A stretch of DNA of 64,000 nt, taken from positions 397-64,396 of the forward strand of contig CADARU010000004.1 of NCBI GenBank assembly GCA_902790415.1. The letters are read 5' to 3'. Position numbers and translations under genes: made by a program. Below, piece after piece: positions 47,623 through 56,649 of this stretch (position 1 is the stretch's first letter; each line of letters opens with the position of its first letter). The DNA comes from an uncultured Pseudomonadota bacterium (GTDB lineage Bacteria; Pseudomonadota; Alphaproteobacteria; Rs-D84). The notes below the pieces were generated by a model, which saw only the letters and a list, made by a program, of their open reading frames with translations, had not been told where the DNA came from and did no database searches.

Positions 47623-49650
47623 ATGAAACATGCCATGGTAAGATTTATAAAATTTATTGCTTTGGGCATGATGTTTCCTGTTTTTATGTCGGTGTTATCA
47701 AATGCTGCATATGCGGTTCAGGGGTCTGGCAGTTTTTCGGTTACATTAAATACTGGTGCGGGCAGTGGAACCTATAGGTTTTCCTTCGCTATTTCTGGTA
47801 TTGGGGCGTTTCGTGTTGATTGTGGTACGGGTGGCACTTTAAGCACAAGTGGCACTCAATCTGGCACAATCACAAAAAATACATCGGCGGTAACTAATGT
47901 CCGTTGCTCTTATACCAAAAGTACGACAAATCGTACGGTTACATTTATTGGTTCACAAACAAATGTAACGGCGTATGATGCATCGTTGCCCGTATTAAGA
48001 TTTACAACCCCAACAACAATAGTTGGTTTTTCTGGTTCTATCGGCCGTGTGTTCCCAACGATTGATGGTGGGTTAACCAATGGCATGCCCGATGCAACAA
48101 AGCAACCCAGTTTTGAAAAAATGTTCACATCGGCCAGTGATACCTATGCTTCTGGTATGACAGGGACTATTCCATCTGATTTTTTTGCGGGTGTAACGGG
48201 ACTGGCGCGTTCGAATATGTTTAATGGCACATTTGCCGGTTGTTCCAGTTTGACCGGTGGTATTCCCGCTGGTTTGTTTAGTGGTATTACCGGTATCGCC
48301 CCTGGGGCCACAGATGTTTTCAAAGAAACCTTTTTACGTGCAACCGGTTTAGGAACGAATACTTATATTGCACCACAATTATTTTCTGGGTTATATACAA
48401 CCGATGCCGCGACCGTTGTTAGTAATATGACCGATATTTTTACCGAAACACAATTACTAACATCGTGCCCATCGGGAACAACCTTGTTTACAACAGGTTT
48501 TGAAAGCGCGTGGAATGGCAAGGTTTCTTGTAATGATGGTTCTTATTGGATTCCGCGATTTTCGGTAACAACAACAACGCAGGCATCTGGTTTTGATTTT
48601 TCATGGAAAATGTCAGCCAAGGGAACATTTTACGTTGATTGTGGCGATGCGACCGCAACCCTGGTTTATCCTGACAGTTCAACATCAACCGGCGGCGGCA
48701 CCATAGCAAGAACTGGTACATCAACACAAATATATACATGCAGTTATCCATCAGGTGGTGTCAGAACGATATCATTTGGTGGCCAGGCAACAGGGTATAG
48801 TTCTGCGTCTGATTGGTACAATTGTGGTAATCCCCAAAAAATACCGGTGGCCATAGGTTTTAATGTTACGCCGTTGCTTGTCGCAAGCATATCAGGTTCG
48901 TTGGGTGCTATTTTTCCAACAATAGGAAATAGCGCTTATAATACTCCTGTGTTTCATCAAGCCTTTTCTGGTTGTAAAAATTTAACGGGAACTATTCCGC
49001 CCAGGTTGTTTGAAGGTGTTACAAGGATAAACCACTGCCAGTTTAAGCATCTTTTTGTTGGTGATACTAATTTGGTCGGTCCTATACCAGAAAATTTGTT
49101 TCGTGGTATAACAGGAGATAGAACATTTCAAACCTGGTTTTATACTTTTGGTAGTACAAATATCGGTCGTGATTATGTTGATGGACCGTCAAAGTATTAT
49201 ATACCAAACAATTTGTTTGATAGTGGAATTGGGGCATCATCTCAAACTATTGGGGGTGGAACTTTTGATGAGACAGGGATGTTGCAATGTTGCCCGGCAG
49301 GCATGCGCAAAATGAAGACAAGTGATATTAGTTATTCTATGGCGGAATATGTTTCTAATCTCGGAAACTATGTGTCTTGTATCCCTGGTACCCCGGAACC
49401 AAGTGAAAAAAAGTTGCTTGCTGGGGGTGTTTGTGTTGATGATTGTGGTAAAAAATTAAAAGTATCAGATGGGCAAGAGTACCCATTATATAATCCAAAA
49501 CCAACAACAAAAGCTTTGGGGGTAAAATCTTACTCTATTAAAAATGGTGCGAATTGTTATGTTCCTTTGGGAAATGGAACTGGTTCGTTAAACATAAATG
49601 ACGGGGTAATGATATATCATGCGCTAACAGAGACAGAGATTGTGGAATAA
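47623..49650 (+). CDS. Secreted protein with two tandem modules and LRR-like (L/M)(T/V)G.IP..(L/F)F.G(V/I)TG repeats
   Basis: Signal peptide ...MMFPVFMSVLSNAAYA. There is an internal duplication: FSVTLNTGAGSGTYRF...FRVDCG...GSIGRVFPTI versus FSVTTTTQASGFDFSW...FYVDCG...GSLGAIFPTI. Confidence 0.65.
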   Translation: MKHAMVRFIKFIALGMMFPVFMSVLSNAAYAVQGSGSFSVTLNTGAGSGTYRFSFAISGIGAFRVDCGTGGTLSTSGTQSGTITKNTSAVTNVRCSYTKSTTNRTVTFIGSQTNVTAYDASLPVLRFTTPTTIVGFSGSIGRVFPTIDGGLTNGMPDATKQPSFEKMFTSASDTYASGMTGTIPSDFFAGVTGLARSNMFNGTFAGCSSLTGGIPAGLFSGITGIAPGATDVFKETFLRATGLGTNTYIAPQLFSGLYTTDAATVVSNMTDIFTETQLLTSCPSGTTLFTTGFESAWNGKVSCNDGSYWIPRFSVTTTTQASGFDFSWKMSAKGTFYVDCGDATATLVYPDSSTSTGGGTIARTGTSTQIYTCSYPSGGVRTISFGGQATGYSSASDWYNCGNPQKIPVAIGFNVTPLLVASISGSLGAIFPTIGNSAYNTPVFHQAFSGCKNLTGTIPPRLFEGVTRINHCQFKHLFVGDTNLVGPIPENLFRGITGDRTFQTWFYTFGSTNIGRDYVDGPSKYYIPNNLFDSGIGASSQTIGGGTFDETGMLQCCPAGMRKMKTSDISYSMAEYVSNLGNYVSCIPGTPEPSEKKLLAGGVCVDDCGKKLKVSDGQEYPLYNPKPTTKALGVKSYSIKNGANCYVPLGNGTGSLNINDGVMIYHALTETEIVE

Positions 49651-49744
49651 AGCTAGAGTTGTGTATATCTTGTGTTATGTGAATGCTAATTGTGGACACT
49701 GGCGCGTTGTATCGTGCAATGACACATGAATAGTTATTTAGATA

Positions 49745-50279
49745 GGCTCAAGTGTAAATAATGTATCTTTTTTGATTAGCAAGAACTTGTTTTTCAATGA
49801 ATTATTGTTGATATAAATCCATAATAAATATACAATAGTTCTAATAATCGCACAAAAAGGAGCTGTTAATGTCTGATAAAGAAACTAAAACAGAAAAACA
49901 TGAAGAGACAAAGAAATCTGAGATTAACGCACTTCGTTCTCTTGAAGCATTTATGGAAGTTGCAAATCAACATAGACCATATGAACCATGGGATTTTAAA
50001 AAAGAATCTTATATCCCCGATCTTATGTTAGCATTACTTATTGCAACAAATTTCGCTATCGGTACACCAAGTGGAAAACTGCCTGCAAGATTAGATACAA
50101 AAAATAAAACAGAAGAACGTGCTTTAACAAAACTTTATCAAAATATGCAGAATAACAAAGCAATAATGTTTGATAGTTCTAAAGTATTATAAATTGTGAT
50201 GCAGAATATTTTATAAACCCCATTTATATGGGGTTCTTTTTTATAGTTTTCAAAAAGATACATTATTTACACTTGAGCC
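49745..50279. mobile_element. MITE-like non-autonomous element (535 bp) with 28-bp perfect terminal inverted repeats and 8-bp target-site duplication
   Basis: IRL is ggctcaagtgtaaataatgtatcttttt at 49745. The reverse complement of 50252..50279 is identical. TTTAGATA flanks the element directly on both sides (49737..49744 and 50280..50287). No transposase-like ORF lies inside. Confidence 0.8.
49869..50192 (+). CDS. Hypothetical protein carried inside the MITE-like element
   Basis: 107-aa ORF with SD aaaggag upstream. The hairpin aaaccccat-ttat-atggggtt plus T-tract follows (50213..50243). No family recognised. Confidence 0.45.
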   Translation: MSDKETKTEKHEETKKSEINALRSLEAFMEVANQHRPYEPWDFKKESYIPDLMLALLIATNFAIGTPSGKLPARLDTKNKTEERALTKLYQNMQNNKAIMFDSSKVL

Positions 50280-50344
50280 TTTAGATAAAACTTGACATTT
50301 TTGTTTTGTGTGTAAAAATATTTAGGCTAAAAAAGAGAGTTCAG

Positions 50345-50686
50345 ATGGTAAAGTTTTATGATTTTTTGGGGACACGTTCCGAATTGACTGATGTTTATAA
50401 TGCGGCCCGCATTCCTAAGTTTGTGAGGGGAATTGTGGATGCTGATGATAATCATTATTTCTATGTCGTTCCATGGGCTAATAAAAAGTCTGATTTGATT
50501 GCGTTGTGGTTTTTGTTTCGCCGCAATGGGGTGATTTTAACACCGCACAAGAGTGGTTTTTACAACAGTATCGTATTGCGCTGTCGTAACAAAAATCAAA
50601 AATTTATGCGCGATGTATGCGAAATAAATCGTAATCCTAATATGTACAAGGAATGGTTACGCCAATATCACGAATCGCACAAGTAA
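50345..50686 (+). CDS. Hypothetical protein
   Basis: ORF 50306..50686, trimmed to the ATG at 50345 (SD aaagagag). No family recognised. Confidence 0.4.
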   Translation: MVKFYDFLGTRSELTDVYNAARIPKFVRGIVDADDNHYFYVVPWANKKSDLIALWFLFRRNGVILTPHKSGFYNSIVLRCRNKNQKFMRDVCEINRNPNMYKEWLRQYHESHK

Positions 50687-50705
50687 TTGGTTGCAAAACA
50701 AAATC

Positions 50706-50734
50706 TTGTAATTTTGTGTTTTTATGGTTATAAT
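50706..50734 (+). promoter_or_regulatory. Promoter of tRNA-Arg
   Basis: TTGTAA (50706..50711), a 17-nt spacer, then TATAAT (50729..50734), 12 nt upstream of the tRNA 5' end. The tRNA-Pro promoter has the same architecture. Confidence 0.6.
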
Positions 50735-50746
50735 ATCACGCAATAC

Positions 50747-50823
50747 GTGCCCATGGCTCAATTGGATAGAGCAATTGCCTTCTAAGCAATAGGTTGCAGG
50801 TTCGAGTCCTGCTGGGCACGCCA
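50747..50823 (+). tRNA. tRNA-Arg (anticodon TCT)
   Basis: Hand-folded cloverleaf: acceptor GTGCCCA/TGGGCAC, D stem GCTC/GAGC, anticodon stem ATTGC/GCAAT with loop CT-TCT-AA, T arm GCAGG-TTCGAGT-CCTGC, and an encoded CCA. Confidence 0.9.
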
Positions 50824-50863
50824 AAAATCAAACCGACATTTTGTCGGTTTTATTTTTGACCTG
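50805..50863 (+). repeat. 59-bp direct repeat, copy 1 (3' 19 nt of tRNA-Arg plus its terminator)
   Basis: agtcctgctgggcacgccaaaaatcaaaccgacattttgtcggttttatttttgacctg is identical to 50889..50947. Confidence 0.9.
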
Positions 50864-50888
50864 CGCATTTATGCGATATGGGAATTAC

Positions 50889-50947
50889 AGTCCTGCTGGG
50901 CACGCCAAAAATCAAACCGACATTTTGTCGGTTTTATTTTTGACCTG
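50889..50947 (+). repeat. 59-bp direct repeat, copy 2 (orphan tRNA-Arg 3' end plus terminator)
   Basis: Perfect copy of 50805..50863, 25 nt downstream of copy 1. Confidence 0.9.
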
Positions 50948-51149
50948 TAACCTGCGGACGATACAGCGAGATTGTGCAAGCAAAATTCCATAGAATCGTC
51001 CATACCGTTTTTTTCTTCGTCATACCGGCTTACGCCGGTATGACGAATTGCTGTTGTCTGCAACGCAGTCGCGGCAACGGGGGGTGCGATTTCTTTCCTG
51101 TTTGTTGTTGGTGTGGCCTGGTGTATAATTTTTTTATATGGAGGAAAAA

Positions 51150-51632
51150 ATGAGTAAATTTAAAAACTGTATTTGGTTTATCGTGGCAATGGTTATTTCT
51201 TTCTTGCCTGGTATTTTCGGTGTGTTTTTTACACCGCATGGCGAATCTGATGTGTGGTATATGGCTTTGGTACGACCGGGCTTGACACCGCCGGGATGGG
51301 TTTTTGGTGCGGCGTGGACATTGTGGTACATTATGTTAGGTATTGCGTTGTACCTGGTTATAAAAAATCGCAGGTCTTTCTCAGAAAAACGTATCGCGTA
51401 CACTTTGTTCGGTGTTCAGTTGGTTTTAAACGGATTGTGGTCATATTTGTTCTTTGGGGCGCATTTGGTCGGTTTTGCGTTGCTGTGTTTGATGCTGTTG
51501 TTGATAGCGTCAATATGGATGGCGCGTGCGTTTCATGCGATTAACCGTTGGGCCGGATATGCGATTATACCATATATTCTATGGATGATGTTCGCTTTTT
51601 ATCTGAATTCATATATATTGTTGATGAACTAG
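51150..51632 (+). CDS. tspO: TspO/MBR family tryptophan-rich sensory protein
   Basis: Five-TM Trp-rich sequence (W...L..P...PP.W.F...WT.LY..MG...). ATG at 51150 follows SD GGAGG; the ORF track starts 4 codons earlier. Confidence 0.8.
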   Translation: MSKFKNCIWFIVAMVISFLPGIFGVFFTPHGESDVWYMALVRPGLTPPGWVFGAAWTLWYIMLGIALYLVIKNRRSFSEKRIAYTLFGVQLVLNGLWSYLFFGAHLVGFALLCLMLLLIASIWMARAFHAINRWAGYAIIPYILWMMFAFYLNSYILLMN

Positions 51633-51964
51633 ATTTTTAAAACTTTGAATTTAGGATCGCCAGTATTTAAGTATCTCAGTCCCAATTCTTGAATGTAATC
51701 GGGACTGAATTCTTTTAATAATTCAATGTGTTTTTCAATTTTTTCTAATTTTTCACGTTCCATTGCCAATTCTTGACGTTCGGCATTTAGATGCCAAATA
51801 TTGCGGACAAATTTTACAACATTTACCTGGCCCCAAAATATGCCGATAAACATCACAAATGCGAAAATCATGAAAAATATCCCGATTTTGCCACGAATAC
51901 CACCGCGCCATGCACGGCCTAAAAATTCAAATAAATTTTTGATTTTGTCTTTCATAAGTGTCAT
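51629..51964 (-). CDS. Septum formation initiator family protein (FtsB/DivIC-like)
   Basis: About 110 aa with one TM helix (IGIFFMIFAFVMFIGIFW), then a coiled coil (ERQELAMEREKLEKIEKHIELL) and a ..DYIQELGLRYL.. tail typical of FtsB. Confidence 0.6.
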   Translation of the reverse strand: MTLMKDKIKNLFEFLGRAWRGGIRGKIGIFFMIFAFVMFIGIFWGQVNVVKFVRNIWHLNAERQELAMEREKLEKIEKHIELLKEFSPDYIQELGLRYLNTGDPKFKVLKI

Positions 51965-51974
51965 TATATCACAA

Positions 51975-52898
51975 ATGTTAGGTCAGAATCAAATCTTTGC
52001 TGCACCGTTGGCCGGAATTTCTGATAAGCCGTTTCGTCAAATGGTGCGTTTCTTTGCACCAGATGCCGCATTGGTTACAGAAATGATATCTTGTCATTCG
52101 TTGGTGGGGCGGCATAAAAACTGTCTGCGAAATTTTGATGACTATTCAGACGAGGGGTTGATAGGTGCGCAAATTTTTGGTGCGGTCCCAGAACTGATGG
52201 CCGATGCCGCCAAAATAATCGAGGCCCAAGGTGCCAAATGGGTTGATATAAATATGGGCTGTCCGGTGCCCAAGGTTGCGACCCGTTCGGGTGCGGGTGC
52301 ATTTTTAATGCGGGACCATAAATTGGCCGAAAAAATAATTTATTCTGTGGTGCGTGCGGTGAAAATTCCGGTGTCTATCAAGACCCGTCTGGGGTGGGAC
52401 GCAGAACATCGTGATTGGGCCGATTTGGTGCGTATTGCCGCCGATAACGGGGTGAGGTGGGCCGCGTTACATGGGCGTACGCGGTCGCAACTCTATACCG
52501 GTGCGGCAACGCATCCGGATGTGCATGATGCACCAATCCCGATTATTGCCAACGGCGATATAAAGACGTGTGCGGATGTGCAAGAAATGCAAAAATTGGG
52601 GTATGCAGGCGTTATGATTGGACGCGCAATTTATGGGCGGCCTTGGTTGTTGGGGGAATTGTCTGGTGTTGCGACAAGGCCGGAAAATATTGGTGCGGTG
52701 GTGATGCGTCATCTTGATTTGGTTTTGGAATATTATGGTGCCAAGGCCGGAATACCAATGTTTCGCAAGCATTTGGCATGGTATTCGGCCGGAATGCCTA
52801 ATTCTGGGGATTTTAGAATAAAAATTAACCAAATATCTGATGAAAAATCATTAAAGCAAGAAATTTTGCAATTTTGGGGTTGCGTTGACGCAATATAG
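51975..52898 (+). CDS. tRNA-dihydrouridine synthase (Dus family, DusB/NifR3-like)
   Basis: Start trimmed to MLGQNQIFAAPLAGISD.PFR. Motifs DINMGCP and KTRLGWD are present. The upstream part of the ORF overlaps the ftsB-like gene on the other strand. Confidence 0.85.
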   Translation: MLGQNQIFAAPLAGISDKPFRQMVRFFAPDAALVTEMISCHSLVGRHKNCLRNFDDYSDEGLIGAQIFGAVPELMADAAKIIEAQGAKWVDINMGCPVPKVATRSGAGAFLMRDHKLAEKIIYSVVRAVKIPVSIKTRLGWDAEHRDWADLVRIAADNGVRWAALHGRTRSQLYTGAATHPDVHDAPIPIIANGDIKTCADVQEMQKLGYAGVMIGRAIYGRPWLLGELSGVATRPENIGAVVMRHLDLVLEYYGAKAGIPMFRKHLAWYSAGMPNSGDFRIKINQISDEKSLKQEILQFWGCVDAI

Positions 52899-52937
52899 GT
52901 TTATTATGTTTATGTAATATCAAAAAGGTTTATACCG

Positions 52938-53801
52938 ATGACAGAAGAAAAACAAGAAGTTCAAATGACAATGGCTTTGACCGCAGGACAAATGTTGCGC
53001 GATGCACGAACCACTGGTCGCAGAAAACGGGAAATCGCAACAATCGCGAAACAGTTATGCATACGTGAAGAATTCTTGCAAGCATTAGAAGATGGCAATT
53101 ATGCCGTATTGCCAGAAACGGTATATATTTTGGGCTTCGCACGCAATTATGCGATGGAATTGGGCATAGATCCAGATGTTGTCGTGGAAAAAATTAAACA
53201 AGAATTAGGTCTGGTTGTTGCGGAAACGCCTGTGCCGGTGCGTGAAAATATTCCTGAAAAGAAAAAAGACGTAAAGGAAAAAGTAAAAATTTCTGAAAAA
53301 ATCGCAAAAGTCAAAGATTACAAGGTGTGCAAATTTGTCGTGAAAAATTGGAAATGGTTCGTTGGTGGAATATTGTTGGTTGTGTTATTGATTGGACTGG
53401 CGTTGTTGTTGACACCAGGTAAAGAAAATCATACGGATGCCGAAGCCGTTGTAGAGGTTAGCACCGCCGAACCAAAATATAATATTACGGTACGTGAAAG
53501 ATTCGGCAAAGAGAACAAAAAAGATGCCGAGATTGTTCTGCAAACAACCCAGGAATCATGGGTTAAAATAGAAGACGGACGTGGCAAAACGGTGTTTAGT
53601 CGCGTGCTAATTCCGGGCGATGTATATTATGTGCCGACCGGTGGTAAGCACAAGGCGACATTTGGAAATGCAGCCGGGATTGATATTTGGGTAAATGGTG
53701 AATTGGCCCCAAAAATTAGCAACGAACATGTTAGAAAAAACGGTGTGTTGATGAGTGCAGATGCACTGATGAAAAAGACAACTGATTCCGAAGAAAAATA
53801 A
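52938..53801 (+). CDS. rodZ: RodZ-like cytoskeleton protein (HTH domain, TM, C-terminal DUF4115-like domain)
   Basis: N-terminal HTH (G..LR.AR...........A..L.I....L.ALE.G.....P...Y..GF.R.YA..LG.D), a TM helix (WFVGGILLVVLLIGLALLL) and a C-terminal WVKIEDGRGK..F......GD.Y.VP. Confidence 0.7.
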   Translation: MTEEKQEVQMTMALTAGQMLRDARTTGRRKREIATIAKQLCIREEFLQALEDGNYAVLPETVYILGFARNYAMELGIDPDVVVEKIKQELGLVVAETPVPVRENIPEKKKDVKEKVKISEKIAKVKDYKVCKFVVKNWKWFVGGILLVVLLIGLALLLTPGKENHTDAEAVVEVSTAEPKYNITVRERFGKENKKDAEIVLQTTQESWVKIEDGRGKTVFSRVLIPGDVYYVPTGGKHKATFGNAAGIDIWVNGELAPKISNEHVRKNGVLMSADALMKKTTDSEEK

Positions 53802-53854
53802 ATTTTTCTGGCATTGTTGAAATTTTTATATAAAAACCTATATTTCATATCACT

Positions 53855-56603
53855 ATGAGTGGAATAATAAAAGTTCGCGGTGCGCGCGAAAACAATCTTA
53901 AAAATGTTGATTTAGACATACCAAAAAATAAGTTGGTGGTCTTTACTGGCGTGTCCGGTTCGGGAAAATCTTCGTTGGCATTTAATACTATTTATGCCGA
54001 AGGACAACGGCGTTATGTTGAATCGCTGTCCAGTTATGCACGTCAATTTTTAGATATGCAAAAAAAACCAGATGTTGATTTAATAGAAGGTTTGGCCCCG
54101 GCAATTTCAATCGAACAAAAAACAACGTCAAAAAACCCACGTTCTACGGTTGGAACAGTTACAGAAATTTACGATTATTTGCGATTGTTATGGGCACGTA
54201 TTGGGGTGCCTTATTCGCCGGTAACCGGTTTGCCAATTAAATCCCAGACCATTGCAGAAATGGTGGAAATGACAATGGATATTCCCGCTGGGGTGCGCGC
54301 GTATATTATGGCACCGTTGGTTCGGGACAGAAAAGGCGAATATAAAAAAGAATTGGCTTTCTTGGTCAAACAGGGATATCAACGCGTAATTGTTGATGGC
54401 GAACTGTACGATTTGTCCTATGTGCCGCCGTTGGATAAAAATAAAAAACATAATATTTTTGTCATAATCGATAGAATTCAAATGCCGGCATCTGATGCAT
54501 CGGATGAAGATAAGGAAGAATTTAAGTCGCGCGTGTATTCGTCTTTTGAGGGGGCTTTGCGACTTGTTCCGGGTTCGGTATTGTTACGCCGTTTGGATAC
54601 AAACGAAGATGTTTTATATTCGCAAAGTTATGCCTGTCCGGTTAGCGGTTTTGCCGTTCCAAAAATAGAACCCAGGTTATTTTCTTTTAATGCGCCAATC
54701 GGTGCGTGTCAGGGGTGCGATGGGTTAGGTGTGCAATTAAATATGTCGCCTGATTTGGTTGTTCCTGACCCGTCAAAATCGATATTAGATGGCGCAATCG
54801 CGCCATGGTCGCGTGGCGGTATGTTAAGTCAATTTGAACATTTGGTTGATGCACTGCATAAACAATTTAAAATTCCTTTGTCTAAACCTTGGCATACGTT
54901 AACCCAAGAACAGAAAGATTTGGTGCTGTATGGAACTGGGGACAAACCAATAAAAATAAATTGGAACGGATTTATTTATGAAAAACCTTTTGAAGGTGTG
55001 ATTCCAAATATTGAACGTCGTTGGCGCGAATCTGATTCCGAATCGGTCAGGGCGGAATTGGCAAAATACCAATCTGAAAAACCATGTCCGATGTGTCATG
55101 GAAAACGGTTGAATATTCAGGCATTGTGTATAAAAATAAATGGTGCCGATATTATTGATGTCTGTGATATGTCAATAGATGATTCTTATAATTGGTTTAT
55201 GGATTTGCCAAACCATTTGACACAAAAAGAAAGAGACATTGCAAAGGGGCGAGGCACAGCGTATTCGTCTTGCATCACAAATTGGCAGTGGTCTGTCCGG
55301 GGTATTGTATGTGTTGGATGAACCGTCAATTGGTCTGCATCAAAGTGATAATGACAAATTATTAGATACACTGAAAATGTTGCGTGATAAAGACAACAGT
55401 GTGATTGTTGTTGAACACGATGAAGATGCGATGCGCGCGGCCGATTTCTTGGTTGATATTGGTCGTGGGGCCGGTGTAAATGGTGGAAACATTATTGCCG
55501 CAGGTACCCCGGCGCAGGTTATAAAAAACAAAGATTCTTTGACGGGGCAATATTTATCTGGGAAAAAGAAAATATCTGTACCGAAACAGCGGCGCGCGGG
55601 TAATGGCGAATTTATAACTGTTCGTGGTGCACGTGAAAACAATCTGAAAAATATTGATGTAGAATTTCCGTTGGGTAAATTTATTGCGTTGACCGGGGTA
55701 TCTGGGTCTGGAAAGTCCACATTATTATTAGATACCTTGTATCCGGCACTGATGCGCGCGTTATATAATTCTAAAATAGAATGTGGGGCGCACGATATTA
55801 TAACCGGTATGGAAAATATTGACAAGGTTGTTGATATAGATCAATCGCCTATTGGGCGCAGTCCGCGCAGTAATCCGGCAACATATACAGGTGTATTTTC
55901 GAATATACGCGATTTCTTTGCCGAATTACCCGAAGCCAAGGCGCGCGGCTATGGCCCGGGGCGTTTTTCGTTTAATGTCAAAGGTGGGCGATGTGAAGCA
56001 TGCCAGGGCGATGGTCAGATAAAAATAGAAATGAATTTTTTGGCCGATGTTTATGTCCAATGTGATAAATGTCATGGTGCGCGTTATAACGAAGAAACCT
56101 TGGCGGTAAAATACAAAGGTAAATCTATTGCGGATGTTTTGGATATGACCGTTGATGAAGCATATCGTTTCTTTATAAATCATCCACAAATCAGTCGCAA
56201 GTTAGAATTGTTGAAACGTGTCGGTTTGGATTATATTAAGTTGGGACAAAGTTCTTTGGATTTATCCGGGGGCGAGGCGCAACGTATAAAACTGTCCAAA
56301 GAATTATCTGCGCGCAGTACCGGGCAAACATTATATATCTTGGATGAACCGACCACTGGTTTGCATTTCGAAGATATTAAACAACTGTTGGGTGTATTGC
56401 ACGAGTTGGTAGAGCAGGGAAATACCGTAATTGTTATTGAACATAATTTGGAAGTTATAAAAACCGCAGATTGGATTATTGACCTGGGGCCAAATGGTGG
56501 TGCCGGTGGTGGCCAGGTTGTTGCCGTTGGTACACCCGAGACGGTGGCAAAAAATCCTGATTCATTGACCGGGCAATATCTTAAGAAATACTTGGACAAA
56601 TAG
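53855..56603 (+). pseudogene. uvrA: Excinuclease ABC subunit UvrA, disrupted by an out-of-frame internal deletion near 55240 (or a sequence error)
   Basis: Two overlapping ORFs in different frames (53855..55321 and 55239..56603) together cover UvrA. The first ends ...[10 protein letters not shown] then out-of-frame residues. The second begins at ..[16 protein letters not shown]. About 30 residues normally lying between these points in UvrA (..ILKEI..RL.FL..VGL.YL.L.R...TLSG) are absent. Confidence 0.75.
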
Positions 56604-56649
56604 TTTTTATAAGTTATTATAAATAATGAAAAACATAAGGAGAAAAATA

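Noticed and set aside
50805-50947. Possible CRISPR-like or tandem array
   Set aside because: There are only two copies. The repeat unit is the tRNA-Arg 3' end plus its terminator, and no cas genes are present. It is interpreted as an att-like duplication instead.
51801-51974. 58-codon N-terminal extension of the dus ORF (TTG start)
   Set aside because: It overlaps the ftsB-like gene on the opposite strand. Dus homology begins at the ATG at 51975 (MLGQNQIFAAPLAGISD).
55239-55321. Programmed ribosomal frameshift joining the two uvrA ORFs
   Set aside because: There is no slippery heptamer or stimulatory structure. More importantly, about 30 conserved residues are missing at the junction, so a frameshift alone would not restore a normal UvrA.
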